From positions 512,520 to 576,519 of the forward strand of contig NW_019217875.1 of NCBI RefSeq assembly GCF_002571385.2: 64,000 nucleotides of DNA. The letters run 5' to 3'. Every line of letters starts with the position of its first letter. Position 1 is the first letter of the stretch. Source of the stretch: Stylophora pistillata (lineage: Eukaryota). The notes below the pieces were generated by a model. It did not search any database and was not told the origin of the DNA. It worked only from the letters and a program-made list of their open reading frames with translations. Below are positions 40,801-53,400 of this stretch, one piece after another. A program made the translations under genes and the position numbers.

Positions 40801-43800
40801 AATTTTTCTTGTAGGAAGAGTTATGCAAGTTAACCAAATCCATTAATTTGGTGTGAGTGGCTGTGATCAAAAGAAATCTCTAAAATATCAGAATTTCAAA
40901 TTAAGAGCTGATATTCATATACAATCTAATCATAAGCAATCAATTTCTGTAGTATTTATGATTAATGTAAATCATTGTTGCATTTGTCTCAATGTGGGAG
41001 AAAGAAAAAAATCTTAACTCTCCGTGAAGTTCATGATTTGCATTCACCAGACCTGATGTTTGTCAAGCTGCGGTCACCAACACAAGTGTAAGAGGAGGCA
41101 GGATGAAGAGAAAAATGCATTCATTTGGACAACAAACCAGCCTTGATGGTAAGTTATTAAAGATTTTATTTTTTATTGTTTTGTTTCTTTGTTTTGAGTT
41201 TCCAGTCTTGATCCCTCTAAGAAGGAGGGTTATACAATGTAGAAGGAATGATTTAAGGTGGCACTCAGTAGCCATCAGGAAGTCACATATTCTACCTTCC
41301 TTCTCCTCCCCAACTTCTTCCAGACTATCTACAATCACGGCCAAAAGTTGAGAGAGGCCTTTGTTTAAGTAGACCCAAATATCAATGCATGATCAATAAA
41401 ATTATTGTACATTCTCTGTTCAGAAGAGGCTTTGTGAATACTGCCAGCACTGATGCATAATAGACTTTTGGCCAGGCTTTAACCCACAATTAGTTGAAAT
41501 GAGAAGTCATCATTTAATGTTTGCCACACTGTGTTTAGTGCTTGGCAATTTTCCTTCAGAGACCTTTGAAAAGCAATTGCATGAAGCACTCAGCATTCTC
41601 CAGAGGCACTGGCAGCTGGCATTTTCACTTCCCACTTGTTATTTACTAAAATTAACGATAGACTAATGATAAAAAGACCTGTGTCCGCAGCCACAAATAT
41701 TATAATTTTAACCTTTGCAGTCTACTGTTTTTTTGTTTTTTTTTTTTTGTTTTAATAATAATAATAATAATAATAATAATAGTAAATAATAATAATAATA
41801 ACCTTTATTTAAAGTGGGTAGAAACACTAAGCTGAAAGCTAGTTTACAGGTTTTCCACCAAACAACTGAAACAAATAATTCAAATTGAGAATACCAATAG
41901 TAAGAATCCCAACTGACCGAAGGCAAACCAGTTGGCTATTTACAAGCATGGCCGAGGATTTGAACTCAGAGCTACCATGAAACAAATCCAGGTAGTGGTC
42001 AGGGCAGGACTCAAACCCGGGAGCGGTAGATTGCGAGTCTGACACGCTGACCACTCAGCCACACTGCCGTTTGTTTTGTTGTCTGTGTTCTATACAAATA
42101 GATTCTGAGCAGCTGTACCTACCTCTCCCCTAATTCAACTGATTATTATCAAGTTAGGATCAATGTTGGGTCGGGAAGGAAGGGGTGGGTGTGCTGTTGC
42201 TCAGATTCTGACATCGATCCAGAGGTGTTGTTATTTTGTGAAGTTGAGAAAACTTGCCCATACTCACTTGAGTGTCTTATATCTGGTTGTGCCTGTTGTA
42301 GTGCTGTAACACATACAGGACAAGTCATAAGATGACTTACAACAATGTCAGAGTTAAAGTTGCTTGCAAAATTTTGATATCTGAACAGCTAGCCAGCAAG
42401 CAATGAGACATGGCTTGTCCCTGGAAGTAGATCGTCTTTCAGAGCTCATTAACAAATTGGAAAATAAGGTATGCCTTCGTTTCCCTTAATGATATTTAAG
42501 CAATAGAGGACTTCCTCCATGATTCTATGGTTACAACTATTACACAAGGGGGATTGGGAGAATATGCAATAGTTAAAGAAACCAATGATAAGGCCAAGAG
42601 TTTATATGAAATAAATACGTAAATTGAAGCTCCCCCTTAGGGGCTTTTCAGCCACAATGTAAACTAAGTGCTTAAAAAATCCCCACTGGCAGGAGACAGA
42701 CTAGGGGGCTATTTACAGAGCGCATCCGAGGAGTTGAACTAGGAGCATCCGAGAACAAATCCAATGAGTGGCAGGCAGGGTAGAGGATTTGAACCCGGGA
42801 CACCGGATTACAAGTCAAGCACCCTAACCACTTGGCCACACGGCCACTTGGCCACACGGCCACACGGCCACACGGCCACACGGCCACACGGCCACACGGC
42901 CACACGGCCACACGGCCACACGGCCACACGGCCACCGTAATATTACTTTTTTTAAACAATTCTCCCAACCACCTGGCTCCAGTTGTTCAAAGGACTGATA
43001 ATTCTCTCCAACGGATAAATCGCTATCCCGCGGATGAGTGTTAACAAAACGTACTGCGCTATCCACTGGATAGAGATTTATCCAGTGCATAACGTTATCC
43101 ATTTGGGGCCTAATTGTTTAGATGAGGCTTCCTAAACACTTAGAATGATGTCCTCTGTAGCATGCCTTTATTGAATAAATTTGAAAAATATGATGGCAAC
43201 TGTGTTTTAACCATTTACACCCTGACATCAGCATACATATTCTCCATACTGTTTTTCATACATTTTCTTAGGTGTTGACAAGGAGAATTTGTATTTGTTT
43301 ATGTGCAATTTAGGAGCAATAGTGTAGGGAGAAATTAAATGCTAACAGGGCACGACACTAACGGTAGCCAGCACTAACCACAGACTAGTAGAAATTCAGT
43401 TTTGGCAAGTGGTTTTCAATTTCCACTAGCCAGTTTGGCTAGTAAACAGACTGAATTTGTCGTAACATCTAAAAACATCTGAGATGTCACTAGCCACTTG
43501 GCTAGTAAGTTGAAAAGTTAGTGTCGAGCCCTGTTAACTTGTCACTCTTAAGGGTTAAAAGATTAATAACGTCACGTTAACATGGCTGTTCGTTGTTTTA
43601 ACCCACCCATTTATTTTCACTTTTGCTTTCAAAGCTATGTCCTCAGCCAAATATTCATTTCACTGAGTCTGTCAGCCGCAGTCATTATCAGCTGACATAC
43701 TAGATGCCCTTACGTAAAGTTTATTTACTCAGTTATTTTATGAAAAGTAACGTTCCGTTTATTTTTATGAAAAGTGACAGCCATAGCTAATTCTTTGATT

Positions 43801-45890
43801 TTGATAATTTGAAAAATTTACAATGAAAGAAAGGGTTTGTCGACTACATGATTTCATTACAGGTCAAATTTGATGTCATTGATGAAGAAGAAGTTGAAGT
43901 TGGAAAAGAACACTCGGTATTGTAAAAACTCTCGATATAAACTTTGTTTCAATGCCATTATTGTAAATATAGAGTGTTGTTCTGCACTCTGGGAGTTTTT
44001 CTTGTTTTCACTTCGTGTTCTCATTGGCTCATAAGGCAATTTTTCTTTCTTTTGATTGGTCATTGAGATTAAGTCAGGTTACTTTCTACCATATGTAGTT
44101 GAAACGCGCTTTATTGAACCTCTTTTTCCCCACGTTTTTTTCTTTATCAGGTGATTTTAGTATCAAGGAAATTTCAAGTTAAGGCTGAAAGAGAATTCCG
44201 TTCAAACTTGAAGAGTTATGTGGCAGCCACGTCTTTAGCGGATGGCTGTTTCCAGTAAGTCAGCAGATATGCTCAGGATTAGTTACTTGTTAAGATAAAA
44301 TAAGTCAAGGTTCCTGGCCATAGCCTGTCAAATAAAAGAGCGAAATAATATCTTGTTTACAGTAAATGTAACCATCGTTACTTCAGTGTGCAAACGGCTG
44401 AGAGCTGAGACTAAGAGAAGTCTAACTTCATTCCTAATCTCCTTAATGATTTTGATATTACTCCTGCAGTCTTGCAATACGCACGATCAGTGAAACAAAC
44501 ACGTTTGTGGTGTACGAGATTTGGGCGAGCAGTGAAGATTTGAATAGGTACGTTAACTGACCACACCTAATTTACTTTTTTCGAACGACTTCAGAATGTA
44601 TAGTCTCCAGTCGCGTCCGTGGTTTTTTTTAGCATGAAGCTACTCACAATATTTTTACTCCTCTCCACCATCCCCCTCCTTGCATTATTTTAAGTTAGGT
44701 CGTCATGGGTGGAGAGAAGCCTTGGGAGAGTACGACACGATCGACTCAGCCTCGCGATACAGAGTCTGCTAACAGTTCAGTCACGTTCTTTAATAACTGA
44801 CTTTGTCCGGAATACCCCTGATGACAATATTTTTTTTTTTTTTCATTTCTATTTGTACCCCCATCTGTTGTTTGTTTGTTCAACATTAAGTGAGACAGGC
44901 GACTGTGTTCCAAAATTCAATTTCTATAGATTGGAGAGCTTTTTCCAATACATTATTAATTTTTAGTACATTGGGACCATTTTGCCATAGAGTTACACAG
45001 ACTCGGCCTGCTTGGGACGCAAAGATGCCACATATGAGTGTTCTAAGTATCATACTTATATTTATTCAGACACTTCTCCTCTGATACGTCAAAGTCATTC
45101 ATGCACGGAAACATCGACTGTATGGAACAACCCGAGGAATACCATAAGATGGCAGTACCTGGTATGTTATTAGATTACAGGTCTCTTTTTCTTGGATTGC
45201 AGCACAGAAAAATGAACCAAGGCACTTAAAATCATGGGTAGTAAAACTGCAATGTGGGAACGTTGGTCTACAATCGCGGAGGAAAAGGAAGCTCCCGCCG
45301 CCCTCACGCGGCCACGCACATACACCTCCTGTGCTTCCCTCAATCACTACATCGTCCCCCTTTGCCAATTGTTTCTTGCTAAGGATAGGGCTGTTGAAAA
45401 CAACGGGATAAAGTGTAAGGGAAAAGGTGCTATTCAACTCAGCTTCTTTGTTTGTTTGTAGAAGTCTTTGAACACAAAAAAGAAACACAGGTTTTCGTTC
45501 TTCAGTCTGCGTTAAACGTTAGTCCACCGCATATCAACTTTATTGATTATATAAAAATCAGGCTTAAGAGACCCCTACAAATCCCAGACTAGTTTTTACA
45601 GCGCTTTGTTTGGCCGTCGCCTTCCCTGTCTTTTGAGCTTATCATCCTCACTTTTGCTAGCCTTCGAAGCAAGCCCTGGAGGAAAGGAGGGGGATGGGGG
45701 AGGAGGGCTCCTCCCTCTCCCCTCCGCACATTCCGCTTGCCCCAATCCCCCCCTCCTCTCCCCCAGGATTTGCTTCGCAGGCTACACTGTTGCCCAAATT
45801 CCAACTGAAGACCAAATTTCATATGTACATCGTAACAGCCTTTTTTTATATCAAATTTCAGCGTCATGGTGGAGGGCAACAAACAACTAA
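35439..45890 (+). CDS. NECAB: N-terminal EF-hand calcium-binding protein (NECAB family; EF-hands plus C-terminal ABM-like domain), about 326 aa, 14 exons
   Basis: Exons 35439-35489, 35568-35592, 35767-35875, 38061-38086, 39511-39608, 40200-40256, 40541-40620, 41051-41148, 42389-42468, 43863-43916, 44151-44254, 44470-44547, 45070-45161, 45862-45890 (981 nt). [65 protein letters not shown] and terminal VPASWW match remembered NECAB1. Orthology to NECAB1, 2 or 3 cannot be assigned. Confidence 0.9.
35962..36084. mobile_element. 123-bp Mutator-like (MULE) MITE
   Basis: ~39-bp TIRs (GGAAAGAGTTCCATATAACCCCATACATTAATTATGCAT) and an exact 9-bp TSD AAGATGTGC at 35953-35961 and 36085-36093. Confidence 0.85.
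37380..37950 (-). mobile_element. Two adjacent tRNA-derived SINEs with a Deu/Nin-like central domain
   Basis: Minus-strand A/B boxes (TAGCTCAATTGGTAGAGC; GAGTTCAAATCC and GGGTTCAAGCCC) followed by the shared core CAACACTCAGGGTCTT..TCTTCTCGGATA(A/G)GGATGA..AGGTCCCGTCTC. Confidence 0.75.
38390..38923. mobile_element. hAT-like MITE with a 6-bp TSD
   Basis: TIR CAGGGTGTCAAGT / ACTTGACACCCTG; TTTACC on both flanks; subterminal TCCTATTT repeats. Confidence 0.8.
39627..39935. repeat. Palindromic dispersed repeat; related sequence at about 66-172
   Basis: CTTATTAACCAAGC...GCTTGGTTAATAAG arms around a central GTACGGAC..GTCCGTAC hairpin. Confidence 0.6.
41880..42068 (-). mobile_element. tRNA-derived SINE, second family
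   Basis: Minus-strand head GGCAGTGTGGCTGAGTGG..GGGTTTGAGTCC; body GTAAATAGCCAACTGG..CAGTTGGGATT. Confidence 0.7.
42612..42936 (-). mobile_element. tRNA-derived SINE, second family, with a tandemly amplified 5' end
   Basis: A box TGGCCAAGTGG, B box GGTTCAAATCC, body related to 41880-42068; ten perfect GGCCACAC units at 42850-42929. Confidence 0.75.
43346..43533. mobile_element. hAT-like MITE, copy 2, nested in a piggyBac-like MITE
   Basis: CAGGGCACGACACTAAC...GTTAGTGTCGAGCCCTG; body matches 24849-25025 in inverted orientation. Confidence 0.7.
45658..45784. repeat. Short TAGCCT...AGGCTA MITE; similar ones near 18853 and 27580-27771
   Basis: TAGCCTTCGAAGCAA / TTGCTTCGCAGGCTA termini with purine and pyrimidine inverted tracts. 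Confidence 0.55.
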
Positions 45891-46213
45891 AATCACTACG
45901 TCGACAACTAGACAGAATTTTGTTAATAGCCGAGGCAAAGTGGCTCTCATCTTATCGGTTGATGTAACCAAGGATTAGAACCAAGGGACTGAACTCACCC
46001 AGTGGGTCTTCCCTCCTTTTTTTCTAGTTAATCTTTTACACCCCAACCTAAGCATATATTTTCTCCACTCTGTTCTGTAAGGTCTTTATTTGGTGATTAT
46101 TTCCTTTACTCTAATGACCTTAATTTTTTATTCAAGGGTGATATTTTACGGAGATATTAGATGCTAGTCAGTCTTTGGGGTCAAAGGGTAACATGGTTCC
46201 TTCACTCTGATAC

Positions 46214-46293
46214 AACCTCGTTCCCAGGGCTTTTCCCTTTTTGAATTTTGGCGCCCGCCAAAATTCGAAAAGGGAAAGCCCTGGGAACGAGTT
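46214..46293. repeat. 80-bp near-perfect hairpin MITE
   Basis: AACCTCGTTCCCAGGGCTTTTCCCTTTTTGAATTTTGGCG / CGCCAAAATTCGAAAAGGGAAAGCCCTGGGAACGAGTT. Confidence 0.75.
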
Positions 46294-47461
46294 CGACTCT
46301 GGTAATCTCTTGTTACATCAAAAGTACGCTTCGCCTGACAAGGTCAAACAACAATTTCCATTCCATTTACGAGAGACCAAATCCTAATTCGTTGCCACAG
46401 CCAGTTCATAAGGTCATTCCCAACTACAGTTAACGATTTGGGATCAATAACTTAAAAGAATTTTTTTTTTTGGTAGAAGTCCGAGCTCCGTCAACTATGA
46501 GGTCTCTGACCTAGACCTCTGTAAAATTGGTTTACATGTCAAAGAGCTAACACACAAGCAACGTCCTCAATAAGGCTGTTTTAGTGTGGTTTTATACACT
46601 ATCTTTTAAGGGGGCAATAACAATTATTCATCAATTAACTATTCTTCAGTGGTAACTTAAGAGGGTTTGGACGGTAAGAATAATCGCACATAGTCACTCA
46701 TAGTGGCACTAAACATAACACGATTTAGGTCATACATATATACATATAGCCTGGATAAAGATAAAAAATGTTTTCTTTTGAGATACAGAGATTTCTAGAT
46801 AAGCCATGCATAGGTGTGCCTAGGTTTAATATTCCTACTTTTACTTCTTCGCACTGAAAACGGTCCAGGCACATTGACCCCCCCCCCCTCCTCCCGAGGG
46901 GAAAGTCAGAATGGCACGACAAACTCTCGCTTAGAATTAAACAGGTTTTTGAATGAAATGAGATAGGGGAATGTAAACCCTGATCACAGCGATTAATTTT
47001 TAACTAAAAATTACAAGCTAATAAATTTTACTCAAAACTGCTAAAGAAAACTTATTCTTCCCTTACACACTTAACTTCAGTTGTATAATGAATGTTGGTA
47101 CACTAAATAACCACAATACATTTTCAAATTTACATTAAATAATCTTTAAACGATATACTCTTGGCAGAAAAACAATTTAAAACGATGTAATACCAAAATT
47201 CTTATTTTCGGGGAGTAATGGTTTTCAAGTCACGCTTTCTCCACTCAATGTTAAAACTTCTTATGCGCGCGCACTCTCATGCAAAACAACTACACATGTA
47301 TGCGCGCGCACTCATACAAAACAACTACACATGTGTCGCGCGCTGCGTTCTCCTTGTGTCTCCGTAGTTCGTCGAATCTAAGGTCGCACCAAATATGTTA
47401 ATGAGGTGTCCATAATAAACTAATTTTATCGTGGTACAGTCTTCTCTGGGGTAAAAGTCAT

Positions 47462-50400
47462 TTAAAAGAAACCCTTTTTCTTGTCTTTTTTCTTGCTCTC
47501 TTTATCTTTTTCCTTCACGAACCCATCTACGGACCTGTAAGGTAAACAAGAGCACACTAACATATAAGCCGTATCCAATATCTGTTAAGAATAATTATTT
47601 CAATGGCTTATCGCCATCGTTCATCGATTCATTTGCGAAGCACAACGAATTTCCTAAAAACATCAGAACATCAGTCGTGTCAATATGTACTCTCCATAGT
47701 GTACTCGATCGTATAAAACCTAGCTTTGAGGTTAATTTCCACACTAATTTGTATATATTTCTATGGCTTTTGAATATCAACTACCAATTTATCCCTTTGA
47801 GAACATTTTCGCAAGTCGTTTTCGACGCGAACCAAATAGTTCAACAAAAACGCGGTTGCCTCCCATTTTTGGCATTACGGGAAATGCGTGCCAGAGAAAA
47901 GTAACATGCTTTTTAGAGGTAATATTTTTAATTCGATCTGGGTGATGGTGCTTGGTGCAAAAATCGAGCGTGCTTGTGCACCACAAACGGAGCGAAATCT
48001 TACAGCTTCTACGATGAGATTGAAACGGCAAACCCCGACGACCACCCCTGAAAACCACAGATCAAAAGCATGTGGAAAGCATCAATATTAGTTACTAACA
48101 GATTAAAAAGAAGCAATAAGGTATTCCCGACGCTCTGAAAGATGAACAAAATTTTTATTTAATCCCCTGGCCCATGTTAAAGAGAAAGCTCACATCCGGT
48201 TTGTTCGAAATCGGACGTGAACTTCCATACGAAGTTTTTCGGTTTGAAATTTATCTGGTAAAGAGTCGAACGTGCTCCGACTGACTCGATTCGGAGAAAC
48301 AAGTTTACTCAACGCGAAGCACGATCGTGTGCGGGGTGGGAGACAGTTTCACTTCCCTCCCACCCTGGGATAACAAATGTGCCGCAGCAGAATTACCACA
48401 GGCTAAGGTGGGACTAACAAACATGCACGTGAAATAATAAACGATAGGGAGGGGAGGGGCAAAACGAAAATCTCCAAGGGCTACCATAGACCCTGATGAA
48501 GATAAACTCTTCATTGCAAACACCCTTTTTTGCCTTTAAATAAAAAATGTGGCCGCGTGGATGAAGACACTTAAGATTTTGGCCTTTTTCTTTTCAAAAT
48601 TACTGTTTAGTTCTATTGTCTACGGAAAACATTGGCTTTCCGCTATTGTAGATTCCGTACGAGAAAAAGAACAGTGGAAAAGGCGCACTTGATTTCCCAA
48701 AGCTTTACGGGGCTGCCCAGACATCTTAAAGTTAGCTTTCGCTCCTAGCGAACCAAGAGATTAAAGAGTAAATGAATGGTGAGATATGAACTTTGCGGTT
48801 TTTAAGATTAGCTTTAGGTTTAGCAATTAATTCGAGGCTGCATATTTAATTCTGAAAATAAAACGAGGCGACCCATCTGGATTTGAGATTTTTAGTACAC
48901 TTCACAACTTTTTTTAAGGCATTATTGTAAGCACCTAACCACGGTTTTTACATGGCATTATTTGGCAAAGTTAAGTTTATTGCTTTTATGGCGGCAGGAT
49001 CAATGGACCTTGCATTTCTGAACAAAATAAATTTGTTTATCGTAGAAAACAACTATTTTTTACTGACTCAGGAGTATAAAAAAAAACACGTCAGTACCTT
49101 GTTGATTCTAGATTTACGCCTTTGGGAAACACAATGCTCCATGGAAAAGAGCTCGATGATTCTCTCTGTGTAGACAAATGATCACGTTGTTATTTTTAAA
49201 AATGATTTATGGCTAGAGAGTGCGCAGACGGAAAGCTAACAGGAGTTTGTGATTGTCAGCCGTGAAATAGCTAATTATCTAAGGGTTTTAGATATAACAC
49301 AGTACGTTACATACACGGCGACAGTAACTCATTGTGTGAATATTTAAACACGCATTGTCAGTGTCAAGCAGTCTTTAAATGACCATTTAAAACACCTCGT
49401 TTTAACACAATGGCTATTTTATGGCTATTTTTTAGAGTTTTGCAACTTTACTGCAAACTATATTAAACAGCTAAGCTTTAAACATTCTTTGTTAGAACCT
49501 TCACCTAATTTAACGTTTCGGGCACGAAAGTTGAACACGTAGATACTACAAAGCGATTGCGCAGCAGCACTTACTCAGCCAAAAAGCGGAACTGCACAGA
49601 TTTAAGCAATAAAAATGATCTGAGACTACTTTGCAGCAAACGGTGTAGACAAAAAAAGAAAATGAAAGATTCCTCAGAGTCTTCCGATTTAGAGCGCACT
49701 TCGAAAAAGTGTTGTAATGCCACAGCGAGGGAAGTTACCACAGCGGAGCCAATCACAACCAAGGTAAATTAAAAAACGACCAATAGGATTTCAAGGTAAA
49801 AATGTAGAATGAAACTCATTCCGATTCATAATTGGTTCTAGTTTTGCGTGTGACTGGTTAGGAGACCAGCGCGAGTTTTCTAAACCAATCACAACGCGTC
49901 TTCAAGAAGAACCAATAGAATCTGATCGATTGAGAAGGCGACTCGAACGTATTTGACCAATCAGGATTCAAAACAAACGTGATTATAAGTTTGACACTTC
50001 ATCGAAAAGCGCTCCAAGAGTTCCACCAGGCTAACATAAGATGTCTGAGAGCACAGAAACAAGAAAACTGTCTACATGAGAAAGGCTTTTTACTCTAACA
50101 ATGACCATCACAGCCAGCATGTCTGGGAGGGGAGCAAAATCGCTTTCACAACGTTCCACTGATAAGTTTGGGAGGTTTATCTAATTATGGGGGGAGGATA
50201 GGGTGCGCCAACGCCAACTTCATCTCTTACAGCTGTTAAATAAGCATACACCTACTAAAAACGAGCAACAAATACTCCAAACAAAAAACAATAGCAAAAC
50301 CACAGTTTCTTCCAGCACTATTAATCACACTCTTCGAAATGTCATCGTACGTTATAATTCAGGTCTTAACACAGACGGACGAGCCAAAGACCCACGTAGC

Positions 50401-53400
50401 CTCATGGAAAGCTACGTAACGTATACCCAAGCCTCGCTTTCTTATTGCGGAATGTATTGTAAAAGCTCTTATATCCACAAAAAAAATTCCACGTAAAACC
50501 AACACGAAGATGACAGGGGCAACACAGAAATGTTGAGCAAACGATTCCTCTGGCTAAACGTAATCATGCATAAAGGCTATTGGACAAAAAATTGCACTAA
50601 CGATATTAACTATAATTCCCCAACCCCCTTTCCCCTTCTTCATACATCTCCCCTGCCCCTGATGTTCGGTATTGAGCTAAGCTTTCCGGCAATCGCCAAA
50701 AATCACGAGGAAGTCAAATAGTAGTGATTTTTTTAAACGATCCCCACAAAAATCACAAATTTTGTCGCCGATGAGGGGTTATCACAACGACACAAATTAC
50801 TCTATAATGCCAAACAGGCCCTTTTTCAAAACGGCAACCGAAATCGTACCATCAGGAAATGTGGTTCCTTAAAGGAAAATGCATGGTTCAAATAGCACAA
50901 AGAAATATTTCACATCAAAACATATATTTACGGACATTCGTCGGACTGGAGGTCTAAAACCGAAGTACAATTTTCTGGTCTGAAAAATCACGTGGGCGAT
51001 GAAAGTTTATAGGAGTGCTTTTTTGGACACTGGTCTAAATTTCCTGAGTACAGTTGTCTAAGACGGAGTAACTTTCGCTTTCAGTCAGCCTTTTTGAAGA
51101 AGGGTCTGTTTATTAAAATAAAAAAAAAACAAACAAACAAACTACTTATGACAGCCTTTTGTCTCAACAACGTCCATTGTAAACTAGGTAATTGAGACAC
51201 CTCTCGTTCTATTACAAAGGTAAGACCACATGTGTTTTTTAAAGGAGTCAACCTACTTGAGTGATTTGGTGGAGGAGTCAGACCGTTCCAGACCCTTCAG
51301 ACCATTACTTTTCAGTTCTTCTTCATACTGTCCCCTCTCCTTCTCGAATTGTTTTCGTTTTTCCTCCAGCTCCTTGTTCTGCTGGTCGAGCTGTTTCCAC
51401 ATCTGTTCGTTTTTCTTGCCGAGCTGTTGAAAAGATATTCACTCTGAAATGTTTTCTTAATACAAAAGAGCGCTTTACTATGCAGTGTCTTAAAACCAAA
51501 GACCGATTGCTACGAAGGTTCAGCCTCAGCTGTCCATCTTCGCCTTAATGCTCACACACACCGTCCAACTCACCTCCGCCTCGGAATCTTTGAGCTTCTT
51601 TTTCTTTTCCTTGACTTTCATTTCAAACACTTGCTCCATTTCCTGCTCCATTTTCTTCAGTTTCATTTCTCGTTCCTCTTTCTCAGCTTCCAGTTGTTCC
51701 AGAGGACTTCTACTTAGCGAGACGCTACAAAAAGATTATCAAAGATGGTTGTTTGATGTTTAACACCTCTGAAAAATATGAATGTCTCAGTAGAAAACAA
51801 AACGCTTCTTGACAACCATACAGTGAATAGAGTTGGTTTGTTGCACAATTTTTATCGAAAGTAAAACTGCTTCGTTATTGTTTAGTTAGGTTGTTCCTTT
51901 GTTTGCTCGTTGAAGATTTGTTCTTGTGACAATTTATGAGACAGTCTATTTCTTCAGTTTTTTACCTGAATGGTTTAGAGGATGGTGCGTGAGATTTCTA
52001 GGCCAATCAGAGGGCAGAGTAATGAATGTAATCCCGTGACATTCGACATTGAATTTCTCTTAAAGAGATTTTGAAAATGGTCCTCAAGCTAACCTGATGC
52101 GAAGTAAAGTTACTTACTTAGAACTTGGTTGATTAGTGGGTGAGCCAACAGTCATGGCTGCCAGCTTTTCGCAGCGGTAATTTTCGTAATGAGTGTCATT
52201 CGTCACATCCTTGAGATCCTGCATGTGCGTTCTAAAGGAATACAAATATTTTTGCTCATGAATAAAGGGGATAAGTTTCTTAAGAACCTGTGTTGCTGCG
52301 TCGGTGGGGAGTACCACAATAAAATTTGGTTTCATCAATGAGTCGATAATATCATACATTAGACCTGCTATGAAAACTTTGATTGGTCGAGAGCATACAG
52401 TCAAAGAAAACCCAATATCGGCAGCAGATATTGGGGTTATCATGTCGAGTTCAGAGTCTGCCTGGTTTCCAAGCCCCTCGTCCGTTTAGTGTTCTCAAAC
52501 TTTTGCAAACTCAGGCTGACGTTTTGTGCGTTTAGTCCTTCGTCAGGGCAAATGGTCATGGCCTCACAATGGATCTACGCCTGGATAGGGAGTTATCCAA
52601 TATTATCAAAAACTGGATCATTCAATAATCCGATTCAATAAGTTTGATTGGCTTAGCTTTAACAAATAAAACGGAAGTCAATCTTTGATAATCGATTAGT
52701 TGGCTTATTCAAAAAGAAAATAATAAGTTAAAGAGATTTATCAACATCATGCGGAAATTATTAATAAGACGATCACTCTACTTACGCGTGTTTGATATGA
52801 GATCATCAAAGCTATCGGTTATTATCTAACGCGCACTCACGCAATAAGAGTCCTTTATAAATTACTGAAATTTTCCCAGTTACTTAGATCGTAATGCCAA
52901 AAGAAGCTAGCAAAAATGTTCCCTTCGCTACTGGTGTTGGCTACCACGCTTATTTTTTCAGTTTTCGAACTATGCTACAGCACCTGTGACCTGTTCTCGA
53001 AAGGAGGTCGGCACTAATCCAGAGATTATATATTAAAATCGATTTTGGTTTCTTTTGAGTGAAAGAGTATATTTGGATAAACGTATTGCGGGGTTTAAAC
53101 TTAATGCACGGTAAAACTGAAGGGAACAAAATATTATCAGAAGGCACATCTGCCTAAATAATAGCCTTGATATTATTGACTGGTACAGCACGAGGATTTA
53201 TCTGTTAAGAATCATTGTACTTACCTGATCAGCATATTTCTCAAAGCAACAAAATCGCAGTGGTCTACATTTTCAACTGAAAAACGAAAAGAGACAATGA
53301 AAGTAATCATTGGAGACTAAAATCAACAGTTCATAATCCCGCAAGACAAGCAAATAAGCGACATCGACTATCGGTAATGTTCCAACAAGTAGTTGTATTC

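Noticed and set aside
42672-43102. ORFs with VAVWPCGR / HTATRPHG repeats
   Set aside because: Products of the 8-bp tandem repeat inside a SINE.
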